From positions 2,162 through 66,161 of the forward strand of contig CAYRMQ010000003.1 in the NCBI GenBank assembly GCA_964425305.1: DNA of 64,000 nt, in the 5' to 3' direction. Each line of letters opens with the position of its first letter. Position 1 is the stretch's first letter. The notes below the pieces were generated by a model. It made no database searches, was not told the DNA's origin, and saw only the letters and a program-made list of their open reading frames with translations. A program made the position numbers and the translations under genes. This document shows, piece after piece, positions 36,976-46,036 of this stretch. The DNA comes from an uncultured Anaerolineaceae bacterium (GTDB lineage Bacteria; Chloroflexota; Limnocylindria; Limnocylindrales; CSP1-4).

Positions 36976-38313
36976 CTAGCGTTCTGCCGGCGAACGTGCT
37001 TCGGAGGCTGCGGCGGCATAGACCTCGCGCGTCTCGCGGGCGACGTCGCGCCACGTCCGCGCCGGGCGCTCCGCCCGCTGGCGCGCATGGCGGCGCAGCT
37101 GCTCGGCAAGCGACCCGCCGCCCCACAGCGTGGCGATGGCCGCCGCCAGCCGCGCCGGGTCGCGCGGCTCGACGACGATGCCGGCACTGCCCACGATCTC
37201 GGGCAGGGCCCCCGCTCGCGACGCGATGACGGGCACGCCGAGGGCGAGCGCCTCGAGCGCGGGCAGGCCGGTCGCCTCGGAAAGGCTGGGATAGACCATG
37301 CCCAGCGCACCGCCGACCAGCGCCGCTCGGTCGGCACGGACAAGGCTCGGCGTGACGCGCAGCAGCTCGCCGGCGGCGCTGCGCGCGACGGCACGCTGGA
37401 GGGCCGGCTGCTCCTCGGGCGTGTCGTCGTGGGCGGCCAGGACGACCAGCGGCGGCGACTCCTCCTCGGCCCGGCGCCGGGTGGAGCTGCGCCGGCCGCG
37501 GCTCCGAGCCGGCGCCTGCTCCGAGACGCGGGCAGCCTCGTCGCGCAACCGCCGCAGGGCAGCGAACAGTGTCGCCATGTCGCGCCGCGCGTCGTACCGT
37601 CCCGAGAAAACGAGATAGCGCTCCGGCAGGACCAGCCGGCGGCGGACGGCTGCCAGCCGCTTCTCGTCGCGGCCCGCCGCCACGAACTCGTCGTCGACGG
37701 CAAGCCCCACGACCGCGATCCGCTCGCGTGGCAGGTGCAGCCGTCGGCGGGCGCTCTCGGCGGTGGCGCGCGAGCAGACGATGACCCGCGCCGCGTCGTG
37801 CAGCACACGCGCGCGCAGCCGGTGGCCGAAGCGTGCCGCGGCGCTGGCGGCGTAGATGTGCGGCAGCTCCCACGGCGCCAGGTCGAGCAGCGTAGCGACG
37901 ACGGGATGCTGCGAGGCGAGCGGGACCGCGCCGCCGGCCGTGTGATAGACGGTCCCGGCAGCGCCGGCGTCGTGCGCGCCGCGGCTGGCGCCCAACTCGG
38001 CGCCGCGCAGGATGAACGAATCGAGCGTCAGGCCGGCCGAGCGGAAGAGGCGGCTGGTCGGCGGCAGGACGCGCCGCCCGGCGATGGGCAGCCCGCGCTC
38101 CTCCAGCTGGCGGGTGGGGTCGTCGCGCAGCGCGCGCGTCAGGACGATGAACGACTCGCCGGCCAGCGGCTCATCGGCGTAGGCGGCCAGCAGGTGGCCG
38201 AGGTACTCACCGGTGATCGGCGTGCGCTCAGGCTCCTGCAGCGGCCGCACATCGATGACGACGCGAGTGCCGGGGACCTTGCGCCGCCGCCGGCTGGCGA
38301 CCAGGCGGGCCAT
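36976..38313 (-). CDS. glycosyltransferase family 4 (GT-B, retaining)
   Basis: 445 aa from the ATG at 38313, with the GT4 C-terminal signature …EATGLPALEALALGVPVIASRAGALPEIVG…. The 693-aa ORF 36976..39057 is an out-of-register extension. Confidence 0.8.
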   Translation of the reverse strand: MARLVASRRRRKVPGTRVVIDVRPLQEPERTPITGEYLGHLLAAYADEPLAGESFIVLTRALRDDPTRQLEERGLPIAGRRVLPPTSRLFRSAGLTLDSFILRGAELGASRGAHDAGAAGTVYHTAGGAVPLASQHPVVATLLDLAPWELPHIYAASAAARFGHRLRARVLHDAARVIVCSRATAESARRRLHLPRERIAVVGLAVDDEFVAAGRDEKRLAAVRRRLVLPERYLVFSGRYDARRDMATLFAALRRLRDEAARVSEQAPARSRGRRSSTRRRAEEESPPLVVLAAHDDTPEEQPALQRAVARSAAGELLRVTPSLVRADRAALVGGALGMVYPSLSEATGLPALEALALGVPVIASRAGALPEIVGSAGIVVEPRDPARLAAAIATLWGGGSLAEQLRRHARQRAERPARTWRDVARETREVYAAAASEARSPAER

Positions 38314-39119
38314 CAGGCCGACCGCGGATGGCGCCCGCGGAACTGCTCCCAGCGCAGGCGAAGGACGACGAGGAGGGCCTCGGCGATGATCCGCCGCGAC
38401 ATCTTGCTGACCCCCACGCGGCGGTCCTCGAAGACGATCGGCACCTCCACGATGCGCGCCCCGCGACGGCTGGCGAGATACGTCGTCTCGATCTGGAAGA
38501 CGTAGCCGCCGGAGTGCAGCTGCGACCAGGGCAGGCCCTCGAGCGCGCTGCGCCGCCAGGCCTTGAAGCCACCGGTCAGGTCGTGCGCCGGCAGGCCGAG
38601 CACCAGACGTGCAAAGAGCGATCCGCCGCGCGATACCACTCGCCTGAGCAGGCCCCAGTTGCGCGTGCCGCCGCCGGCGACGTAGCGCGAGCCGATGACC
38701 ATGTCGGCGCCCTCCGCGCGCGGCTGCCCCGGCCCGCCCTCGAGGGCGCCCAGCAACGCGGGCAGGCGGGCCGGTTCGTGCGACCAGTCGGCGTCCATCT
38801 GCACGACGCGTTCGGCGCCGCCGTCGAGCGCGTGGCGGAGGCCGGCGACGTAGGCACGACCGAGACCCTGCTTGCCGGGGCGGTGCAAAACGCGCACGTC
38901 CGGGTTGGCGGAGGCCAGCTCGTCGGCGAGGCGGCCGGTTCCGTCGGGCGAGGCGTCGTCGACGACGAGCAGCGTCGCGCCGGGCAGCTGGCTGAGGATC
39001 GCTGGCGCGATCTGGGGCAGGTTGTCGGCTTCGTTGTAGGTCGGCAGTACGACCCACGTCTCAGCGTACGCTCGGGCGGCGCTGCGCCTGGGACGCCGGC
39101 GCGTCGGCTTGCTGGTCAC
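38313..39119 (-). CDS. GT2 polyprenol-phosphate mannosyltransferase (Ppm1/dolichol-phosphate-mannose-synthase-like)
   Basis: …VVLPTYNEADNL…, …LLVVDDASPDGT…, …VVQMDADWSH…, …GGFKAWRR…; stop/start overlap TGATG with the GT4 gene. Confidence 0.8.
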   Translation of the reverse strand: MTSKPTRRRPRRSAARAYAETWVVLPTYNEADNLPQIAPAILSQLPGATLLVVDDASPDGTGRLADELASANPDVRVLHRPGKQGLGRAYVAGLRHALDGGAERVVQMDADWSHEPARLPALLGALEGGPGQPRAEGADMVIGSRYVAGGGTRNWGLLRRVVSRGGSLFARLVLGLPAHDLTGGFKAWRRSALEGLPWSQLHSGGYVFQIETTYLASRRGARIVEVPIVFEDRRVGVSKMSRRIIAEALLVVLRLRWEQFRGRHPRSA

Positions 39120-39167
39120 GATCAGTCAGTCTAGCGACCGGCGAGCGGGCCCAGAGCGCGCAACAGG

Positions 39168-39198
39168 GAAGCGCCCGGCGTGTCCTGCCGGGCGCTTC
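39168..39198. terminator. GC-rich hairpin (12-bp perfect stem GAAGCGCCCGGC / GCCGGGCGCTTC, 7-nt loop) 27 nt downstream of the peptidase stop
   Basis: Seen directly; no U-tract, which is common for high-GC genomes. Confidence 0.4.
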
Positions 39199-39224
39199 GC
39201 GTAGTCGGTCACTCTGTCAATCGA

Positions 39225-40796
39225 TCACAGGGCGCCCTTGATGGCATGGCCCTTGACGATCTCGCTGAACGTGCTCTTGTTGCCGGCCCCGTCGACGGCG
39301 CGGACCTTGTACTTGTACGTGCCCGCCTTCGGCCGATCGACGAACCTGGTCACGTCGGTGACGGCCGCGACGCGCTTTCCGTTGCGGAAGATGACGTACT
39401 TGATCTGGCCCGCCCGGTCGTCGGTGCTGGCGTCCCACGTCAGCCTGACGCGGCGGTAGCCGAGCGACTCGGTGGCGAGGCCGGTCGGGGTCGAGGGTGC
39501 CCAGGTGTCGGGGTTGAACGAGGCGCTGACCGTGCCCTTGACGGCGTGGCCCTTGACGATGGCGCTGAACGGGCTCTTGTTGCCGGCCGCGTCGACGGCG
39601 CGGACCTTGTAGTTGTAGGTGCCCGCCTTCGGCCGGTCGACGTACCTGGTCACGTCGGTCACCGTCGCGATGCGCTTGCCGTTGCGGAAGATGCGGTAGC
39701 GGATCGAGCCGGCGCGGTCGTCGGTGCTCGCCGTCCAGGTCAGCCTGACGCGGCGGTAGCCGAGCGCCCCGGTCGTCACGTCGGTCGGCACCGACGGCGC
39801 GATCGTGTCGGCTGCGGAGCTGTCGCCGCTGGGCGGCGAGCTCGTCGGCTCGCCGTTGCGGAAGTCGGCCGCGCTCATCGCCAGCGTGCCGCTGACGGCG
39901 CGCTCGAAGCCGCTCTTGGCCGACGGGTCGAGGTAGTTCCTGGTGCCCGGCGTCCGGTCGGAGTTGAGGATACGCGCGTCCCAGCCGACGAAGCCTGCGC
40001 CCTCGAAGATCTGGCGCATCGTCTGGTCGGTCGTCATCAGCTGCTCGAGCACGCTGCCGACCGACTGCGAGGTGTAGGCGAAGACGGCACCGGCGCCGAC
40101 GAACAGGAAACCAGCGGCGAAGTTGTCGACGCGCTGGTGGGCAACATCCCACGTCGGGATCTCCATGAAGCTCTCGCCGTTGCCCGCCGCGTAGCACAGG
40201 TGGTTGAGCAGGACGACGGCATTCGAGGCGAGGACGATGTTGTTGCGGATCTTGTTGGCGCCGTAGTACTCGACGTTGTTCTTACCCGCGCCCTCGTACG
40301 GGTTCAGGCCGAAGCCGTTCTTGGTCTTCTCCTGGAAGGGGCCATATGGGCTCGGCCAGCCGTTGCCGTGGCCGTAGTAGGCGACGAGGTTGGCGCCCTG
40401 GATGTTGGCCAGCACGTTCTGCCACGTCGCCTTCGGGTGGAAGACGCGGCGGACGTCCATGCCGTACGACTCGGCAAGCTGCGCGAGCGCCTCCCCGCGC
40501 TGGAGATGACCGGCGGTCAGGTCGTGCGTCGGCCCGACGATGATCACCGCCTTGAGCGCCGCCAGGGCGTCACTGCCCGGTTCCTGATCGGACGTGGCGA
40601 CGAGCGCGGCGCGCGTCGAGGGAGCGAATTCGGCCAGCCCAGTGAAGAGAAAGACGAGGATGAGTCCGAGAACGACTGCGGCGGCGCCACGTGAGGCGCG
40701 CGGAAGCGCGCGGGCGGCGGCTGACACGACTGGCACTGGCCCTCCCTTCCGGTAGTTGCTGGGGCACGCCGGAAGACGTACCAACTGGGTTTCCAA
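39225..40796 (-). CDS. secreted caspase-like (Cys-His dyad) cysteine peptidase with two C-terminal FN3 domains
   Basis: Signal/TM segment; putative dyad …YYGHGNGW… and …LNHLCYAAGNG…; two about 99-aa repeats (…YRRVRLTW[T/D]ASTDDRAG…NGKR[I/V]A[T/A]VTDVTR[Y/F]VDRPKAGTY[N/K]YKVRAVD…). TTG start in the track; start uncertain. Confidence 0.7.
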   Translation of the reverse strand: METQLVRLPACPSNYRKGGPVPVVSAAARALPRASRGAAAVVLGLILVFLFTGLAEFAPSTRAALVATSDQEPGSDALAALKAVIIVGPTHDLTAGHLQRGEALAQLAESYGMDVRRVFHPKATWQNVLANIQGANLVAYYGHGNGWPSPYGPFQEKTKNGFGLNPYEGAGKNNVEYYGANKIRNNIVLASNAVVLLNHLCYAAGNGESFMEIPTWDVAHQRVDNFAAGFLFVGAGAVFAYTSQSVGSVLEQLMTTDQTMRQIFEGAGFVGWDARILNSDRTPGTRNYLDPSAKSGFERAVSGTLAMSAADFRNGEPTSSPPSGDSSAADTIAPSVPTDVTTGALGYRRVRLTWTASTDDRAGSIRYRIFRNGKRIATVTDVTRYVDRPKAGTYNYKVRAVDAAGNKSPFSAIVKGHAVKGTVSASFNPDTWAPSTPTGLATESLGYRRVRLTWDASTDDRAGQIKYVIFRNGKRVAAVTDVTRFVDRPKAGTYKYKVRAVDGAGNKSTFSEIVKGHAIKGAL

Positions 40797-41006
40797 GGCT
40801 CGGCCAGCCGGCGCTCATGGCCAATACCGAGATGGTCCCGCGCGGTACTGGGTCATTGGTCGCTCGCGCTCGGCGCCGGCATGTTGGTTGGCGGGCGGCT
40901 GTGGGCAGTCGGGTGCGCTGGACGGTACTGCGGCCGGCGGTACTGGCCGCCGCTGGTAGGCGAGTACCGGGTGCGCGGTGGCACCGCTGAAGTTACCCTG
41001 CGCCCG

Positions 41007-41477
41007 ATGACGCACGATCGCTTCGACGGACGCGTTGACGGCGGACCCGACGACAGCCCCGGGCCCTCCCTCGAGGGCAGCCTGCGCTGGCTGGCGATCG
41101 GCGCGGGCGTGCTCGTCGTGGCCGTCCTTGCCGGCCTCGCCACCGCCTACATCGTGGCCACGCTGCGCGCCGCCCCGCCGCCGCAGTCGGTGCTGGTCAC
41201 GCCATCGCCCATCCCCAGCCCGACGGCGCAGCCCACCCCGCCCGCGGCGCAGTCGCCGAGCCCGCCGGCCAGCCCGTCGGCCAGTCCATCGATCGAGCTC
41301 TCGCCGTCACCTGACGCAACCCCGCTCGTCCACATCGTCCAGCGCGGGGAGTCGATCAGCCTGATCGCCGCCGAGTACGGCACGACGGCACAGGCGATCA
41401 TCGAGCTCAACCAGCTGCGGAACCCGAACGTGATCTATGTCGGGCAGCGGCTGCTCATACCGCCGCCCTCGCCCTGA
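41007..41477 (+). CDS. LysM-domain membrane protein with Pro/Ser-rich linker
   Basis: TM …LAIGAGVLVVAVLAGLATAYIV…, linker …SPIPSPTAQPTPPAAQSPSPPASPSASPS…, C-terminal LysM …HIVQRGESISLIAAEYGTTAQAIIELNQLRNPNVIYVGQRLLIP…. Start taken at the internal ATG. Confidence 0.7.
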   Translation: MTHDRFDGRVDGGPDDSPGPSLEGSLRWLAIGAGVLVVAVLAGLATAYIVATLRAAPPPQSVLVTPSPIPSPTAQPTPPAAQSPSPPASPSASPSIELSPSPDATPLVHIVQRGESISLIAAEYGTTAQAIIELNQLRNPNVIYVGQRLLIPPPSP

Positions 41478-41487
41478 GACAGGCGAC

Positions 41488-41509
41488 GGCCCCGCCAATC
41501 GGCGGGGCC
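41488..41509. terminator. hairpin GGCCCCGCC-aatc-GGCGGGGCC between convergent LysM and GlsB genes (candidate bidirectional terminator)
   Basis: 9-bp perfect stem with 4-nt loop, followed by GATTTG on the plus strand. Confidence 0.45.
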
Positions 41510-41532
41510 GCTCGGATTTGAGGCGCCCGGCT

Positions 41533-41814
41533 TCAGACCGCCGATCGGCGCCCCATCAGCAGGCCGGCGATCCAGACGACGACCACCGCGCCGATGACGG
41601 CGACGATGATCGACAGCAGGTTGATCTCGCCCGCTTCGGCGCCGCCGGTGGGGATGCCCAGGGCGCTGACGATGAAGCCGCCGACGAGTGCGCCGACGAT
41701 ACCCAGGACGATCGTGCCGATGACGCCCAGCCCATGGCCACCGACGATCAGGCCGGCGAGCCAGCCCGCGATCGCCCCGAGGACGATCCAGGCGATGAGA
41801 TCGATAATCGACAT
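41533..41814 (-). CDS. GlsB/YeaQ/YmgE-family stress-response membrane protein
   Basis: 93 aa from the ATG with GGGAGAG Shine-Dalgarno; glycine-zipper TM pattern …WIVLGAIAGWLAGLIVGGHGLGVIGTIVLGIVGALVGGFI…. Confidence 0.75.
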   Translation of the reverse strand: MSIIDLIAWIVLGAIAGWLAGLIVGGHGLGVIGTIVLGIVGALVGGFIVSALGIPTGGAEAGEINLLSIIVAVIGAVVVVWIAGLLMGRRSAV

Positions 41815-42002
41815 GTTCGTACTCTCCCGCTCTCGCTGTCTCCGCGCATGGGTCGCATGCGCGGCCAAGTGTGGGTAGCCGAGCCGGCAGCCGTCGCCAG
41901 CGCCGGGCCGGTGGTGCTTACAGATGCGTCTAAGCGGGCCTGGCCCACGAGCCGCGCGACTCGCGTCCAACCATGCGCCGCATGGCTTCGGCGGCCGGAT
42001 GG

Positions 42003-42881
42003 TTAAGGCGCCGGTATGGGGGTCACCTCCGGCTCGATCGGCATGCCACCCTCGTAGTCGGTGATCACGAGCACGTACTCGAGGCGGTCGAGGCCGGCCG
42101 CCGGCTGGAGCAGGGCCACCTGCAGCACCTGGTTGGGCGGGCGCTGGACGTCGACGATCGTGCCGATCAGGAGGCCCCTGGGGAAGGGCGAGCGAATGCC
42201 CTCGCCGAGATCGATGCCGGCGGTGACGACGCTCTCGCCCAGCTCGATCTCGTCGGTGGCGAGAATGCGCTCCATCAGCAGCGGCCGCTCGAGCTGGCCG
42301 CGCACCTCGCCCGTGGCGCGGCTGCCCTCGGTCAGGCCGACGACGGTCATGCGCGTGTCGCTGATCAGCAGGACGCGGCTGAACGACGGCCCGATCTCGA
42401 CGACCTGGCCGACGAGCGCGCCGCCGCCGGCGATCACCGGCGCGCCCTCGATGATGCCGTGGTCTGAGCCACGATCGATCGTGATGCCGCGCTCGCCGAG
42501 CGACGACACACGGCTGATCACCTCCGCCGCCACCGTCTTGTGCTCGAGCGCCGAGCGCACCTCGAGCAGCGCCGTCAACTGCTCGTTCTGGATGCGCAGC
42601 GTCTCGAGGTGACGGTTCGTCGCCTCCAGCTCCTGCAGGCGCAGCTCCAGCTGGGCGTTCAGCTCGCGCAGGCGCTGGATCTCGGCGATCGTGGCGAAGA
42701 ACGAGTTGACCTGCTGGGCGGCGCCGCGCATGCCGTCCTGGATCGGGGCCAGCGCGAAGCCGACGCCGCGGCGCAGCTCGAGCAGCGGCGCCGAGCTGCT
42801 GAAGGCCAGCAGCAGCAGGCTGACGGTGACGAGCGCGACGTAGGCGATGCCCAACCGGCGCGCCCTGGTCGTCGTCAACAT
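42003..42881 (-). CDS. mreC: rod-shape-determining protein MreC
   Basis: N-terminal TM, coiled-coil (…LRELNAQLELRLQELEATNRHLETLRIQNEQL…) and a C-terminal MreC beta-domain; directly downstream of mreB. Confidence 0.85.
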   Translation of the reverse strand: MLTTTRARRLGIAYVALVTVSLLLLAFSSSAPLLELRRGVGFALAPIQDGMRGAAQQVNSFFATIAEIQRLRELNAQLELRLQELEATNRHLETLRIQNEQLTALLEVRSALEHKTVAAEVISRVSSLGERGITIDRGSDHGIIEGAPVIAGGGALVGQVVEIGPSFSRVLLISDTRMTVVGLTEGSRATGEVRGQLERPLLMERILATDEIELGESVVTAGIDLGEGIRSPFPRGLLIGTIVDVQRPPNQVLQVALLQPAAGLDRLEYVLVITDYEGGMPIEPEVTPIPAP

Positions 42882-42937
42882 GCTCTACCCCTCTGGCCCC
42901 AGGCCTCCCGCGGCCGCGCTCATGCTCGATGCCGACT

Positions 42938-43990
42938 CTAGCGCGGAGTGCGCTGGTAGGTCTCCGCGACCAGGGTGCGCTCCATCGCGTCGAGCTCCTC
43001 GAGCGCCTTGCCCGTGCCGCGCGCGACGCACGTCAGCGGATCGTCGGCGACGTGAACGGGCATCTGCGTCGCCTCCGATACGCGCCGGTCGAGGCCCTGC
43101 AGCAATGCCCCGCCGCCGGCCAGCACGATGCCCTGGTCCATGATGTCGGCGACCAGCTCGGGGGGCGTCTCCTCGATCGTGTCCTTGATCGTGTCGACGA
43201 TCTGCTGGACCGAGCCCTCGATCGACTCGCGCACCTGCTCGGCGGTGATCTCGACGGTCCGCGGCAGGCCGGTCAGCAGGTCACGCCCGCGCAGCATCAC
43301 GCGCTGCTCGTCCCACTCGCCGGGGTAGGCCGACCCGACGGCGATCTTGATGTCCTCGGCCGTCCGCTCACCGATGAGCAGGTTGTACTCGCGCCGGCCG
43401 AAGGCAATGATGTCCTGGTCCATCTCGTCGCCGCCGATGCGGATGCTGCGCGAAACGACGATGCCGCCGAGGCTGATGACGGCGACCTCCGTCGTGCCGC
43501 CGCCGATGTCGACGATCAGGCTGCCCGTCGGCTCGGCGACAGGCAGGCCGGCTCCGATCGCCGCCGCCATGGGCTCTTCGATCAGCCGCGCCCAGCGGGC
43601 GCCGGCGTTGAGCGCGGCGTCGCGGACGGCGCGCTTCTCGACCTCGGTCACGCCCGAGGGGATGCCGAGCAGCATCCGTGGCCGGGGGATCAGGCCGACG
43701 CGGTCGTGAACGCGGTGAACGAAGTACTTGATCATCTGCTCGGTCACGTCGAAGTCGCTGATCACGCCGTCGCGCAGCGGGCGGACGGCGATGATGCTCG
43801 CCGGCGTGCGCCCGAGCATCCGCTTTGCCTCGGCGCCGATGGCCAGCACGCGCTTGCTGCGCGCCTCGATGGCGACGACGCTGGGCTCGCTGATGACGAT
43901 GCCTCGGTCGCGGACGTGGACGAGCGTGTTGGCCGTGCCGAGATCGATGCCGATGTCGCGGGAGAAGAGGCCTAGGAACGCGTCGAGCAT
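42938..43990 (-). CDS. mreB: rod-shape-determining actin homolog MreB
   Basis: …DIGIDLGTANTLV…, …LIVDIGGGTTEVAVISLGG…, …GIVLAGGGALLQGLD…; start at the internal ATG (MLDAFLGLFSRD…). Confidence 0.9.
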   Translation of the reverse strand: MLDAFLGLFSRDIGIDLGTANTLVHVRDRGIVISEPSVVAIEARSKRVLAIGAEAKRMLGRTPASIIAVRPLRDGVISDFDVTEQMIKYFVHRVHDRVGLIPRPRMLLGIPSGVTEVEKRAVRDAALNAGARWARLIEEPMAAAIGAGLPVAEPTGSLIVDIGGGTTEVAVISLGGIVVSRSIRIGGDEMDQDIIAFGRREYNLLIGERTAEDIKIAVGSAYPGEWDEQRVMLRGRDLLTGLPRTVEITAEQVRESIEGSVQQIVDTIKDTIEETPPELVADIMDQGIVLAGGGALLQGLDRRVSEATQMPVHVADDPLTCVARGTGKALEELDAMERTLVAETYQRTPR

Positions 43991-44109
43991 CGGCGGGGAT
44001 GTTCCTCCAGAGACGGCGGCCACGGACGATCTGGGCAACGCGGGCGGAGCGGCCCGCGGAGGCGGTCCGCAGTATACCCGCGGGCCGGGCCAAGCCGCGG
44101 CCGGAGGCG

Positions 44110-44838
44110 TCAGCGGCGAGTAGCGTGCCGGTCGAAGACGACGCCGCGGTCGCGCAGGCTGACGTGGGCGTCGCCGGCGAGGACGACGTGATCGAGCAGC
44201 GCGATGTCGAGCAGGCGCCCGGCGGCGACTGCCTCGGCCGTCAGGTGCAGGTCGTCCGGGCTCGGCTCGGGATCGCCGCTCGGATGGTTGTGCACGACGA
44301 TGATGCCGCTGGCGTGGGCGCGGACGGCGTCGCGGAAGAGCTCGGCGACGCGGACGAGCGCCGTCGAGACGTTGCCGACGTAGACCGTCGACTGGCGCAG
44401 CACGACGTTGCGCGTGTTGAGCAGCAGGACGCGCAGCTCCTCGCGCTCGAGATGGGCCATTTGCGGCGCGAGGCGGTCGGCGACGTCGCGCGGCGAGCGG
44501 ACCGTCCAGCGGCCGGCCGGGCTCTCGGCAATCGAGCGGCGGCCGAGCTCGAAGGCGGCCAGCAGCTGCGCGGCGCGCGCCGTGCCGACCCCCGGCGTGC
44601 GCGCCAGCTCGCGCAGGTCAGCATGCGACAGTTGCGCCACGCCACCGTGGCGGGCGAGGACCTCGCTCGCCACCTCCAGCGCCGAGGCACCCGGGCGGCC
44701 CGTGTCCCACAGCACCGACAGCAGCTCGGGCGCGCTGAGCGGCGCTGCACCGAACGCGGCGAGCCGCTCACGCGGGCGCTCGGCGACGGGCAGCTCGCGC
44801 ACGCCGCGCTCAGCAGGAGGTCGATCGGAGTCGCTCAT
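44110..44838 (-). CDS. radC: RadC-family JAB-domain protein
   Basis: JAMM motif …ASGIIVVHNHPSGDPEPSPDD… plus an N-terminal HhH region; start at the internal ATG (MSDSDRPP…). Confidence 0.8.
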   Translation of the reverse strand: MSDSDRPPAERGVRELPVAERPRERLAAFGAAPLSAPELLSVLWDTGRPGASALEVASEVLARHGGVAQLSHADLRELARTPGVGTARAAQLLAAFELGRRSIAESPAGRWTVRSPRDVADRLAPQMAHLEREELRVLLLNTRNVVLRQSTVYVGNVSTALVRVAELFRDAVRAHASGIIVVHNHPSGDPEPSPDDLHLTAEAVAAGRLLDIALLDHVVLAGDAHVSLRDRGVVFDRHATRR

Positions 44839-44993
44839 TGGCGCGTCCCGTGGGTCAGATGCGGTGTGGGGTGCCCCCGAGAGCCGGACCACGGAGCCCG
44901 CCGATTTCCCCGCGGTCCGGATCCGGGAGCGGGCGCATCCTAGCCGGCGCCGCTTCACCGCCGCTTTGCTGCGGCTCGCCGGCCGCTCATCGG

Positions 44994-45881
44994 TCAGTTG
45001 ATCTGGCTGACCGGGCCGATCGGTTGGGCCAGCACGAGCAGCACGACGAGGATGCCGTTGTACGTGATGTGGCCGGCGGTGGCGGCGATCAGGCCACGCT
45101 GCAGGTAGAGCCAGCCGAGAACGAAGCCGAGCGGCAGGATGACGACCAGCGTGACGGCCGCCTGGCGCAGGCCCTCGCCGAAGGTAGTCGCCTCGATGTT
45201 GACGATATGGATGACGGCGAAGAAGACCGAGCTGCGAATGAGCGCCGCCCGCGCTCCCAGATCGCGCAGCCAGGCGGTCAGCGCGAAGCCACGGAAGAAG
45301 AGCTCCTCGCCGATCGGCACGAGGACCGCCATCGCCAGCATCACCGCCAGCAGCTCAAAGGTCGTCTCGGGCAGGGGCACGACGTCCGGCGGCCTGACGT
45401 CGAGGAGCGCCCCCACCAACGTGCCGCCGATGAGCGCGGCGAAGGTGACCGGCACCATGGCCCCGACGCTGAAGGCGCTGTCGCTCAGGACGCGCCCGAT
45501 GCCGACGCTCGGCAGTCCCATGTCGGGCAGGCTCAGGGCACCCGCCCGGACTACGAAGATCCAGATCACGATCAGGTAGCCAAGGGTCTGGACGCCGATG
45601 CCGGCCAGGAACGTGACGGGGTCGTCGATGCCCTCGACGCCGAATGCCAGCAAGCCGACGGTGGCGAGGTTGATCAGCGCGAACCACAAGCCGAAGACGA
45701 TCAGCGGTGCAGGTCCGCGGTATGCCTGCGCCGGCCGCGTCCGGCGCGCCAGCAGCTGGTAACCGGCCGCCGCCGCCAGACCGACGGTCAGCAGCCCGAG
45801 CCCGATGACGAGGAGAAGGCCGCGTGCGCCGGTCTCGGCCAGGCTGGCCACGAACAGGAGCGCAATCGCGATGCCGCTCAC
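44994..45881 (-). CDS. CPBP-family intramembrane glutamic endopeptidase (CAAX protease)
   Basis: …PIGEELFFRGF… and …FAVIHIV… motifs in a multi-TM protein. Start uncertain: the track ORF reaches 46292 but would overlap the upstream gene, so an in-frame GTG at 45881 is used. Confidence 0.65.
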   Translation of the reverse strand: MSGIAIALLFVASLAETGARGLLLVIGLGLLTVGLAAAAGYQLLARRTRPAQAYRGPAPLIVFGLWFALINLATVGLLAFGVEGIDDPVTFLAGIGVQTLGYLIVIWIFVVRAGALSLPDMGLPSVGIGRVLSDSAFSVGAMVPVTFAALIGGTLVGALLDVRPPDVVPLPETTFELLAVMLAMAVLVPIGEELFFRGFALTAWLRDLGARAALIRSSVFFAVIHIVNIEATTFGEGLRQAAVTLVVILPLGFVLGWLYLQRGLIAATAGHITYNGILVVLLVLAQPIGPVSQIN

Positions 45882-46036
45882 CAGCCACGCCGCCAGGTAC
45901 AGACCGGGCCCGGGCCGGTTGTCGAGCGAGAAGACGGAGGTGCCGGGCGGGCCTACACCGTGATCTGCCTCGGCGGGCGCCGGCGGCTCGCTGCCGTGTG
46001 AGCCGACGGGCCCGTCAGCCGGGGGTCGGTCGCCGC

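Noticed and set aside
36476-39057. Long ORFs 36476..37873 and 36976..39057
   Set aside because: Same phenomenon: real genes are the 137-aa repeat protein (36476..36889) and the 445-aa GT4 (36976..38313). The extensions overlap the next upstream gene and are compositionally non-protein-like
40881-41006. N-terminal 42 residues of ORF 40881..41477 (MLVGGRLWAVGCAGRYCGRRYWPPLVGEYRVRGG…)
   Set aside because: Cys/Arg/Trp-rich and atypical; the LysM protein more plausibly starts at the internal ATG at 41007
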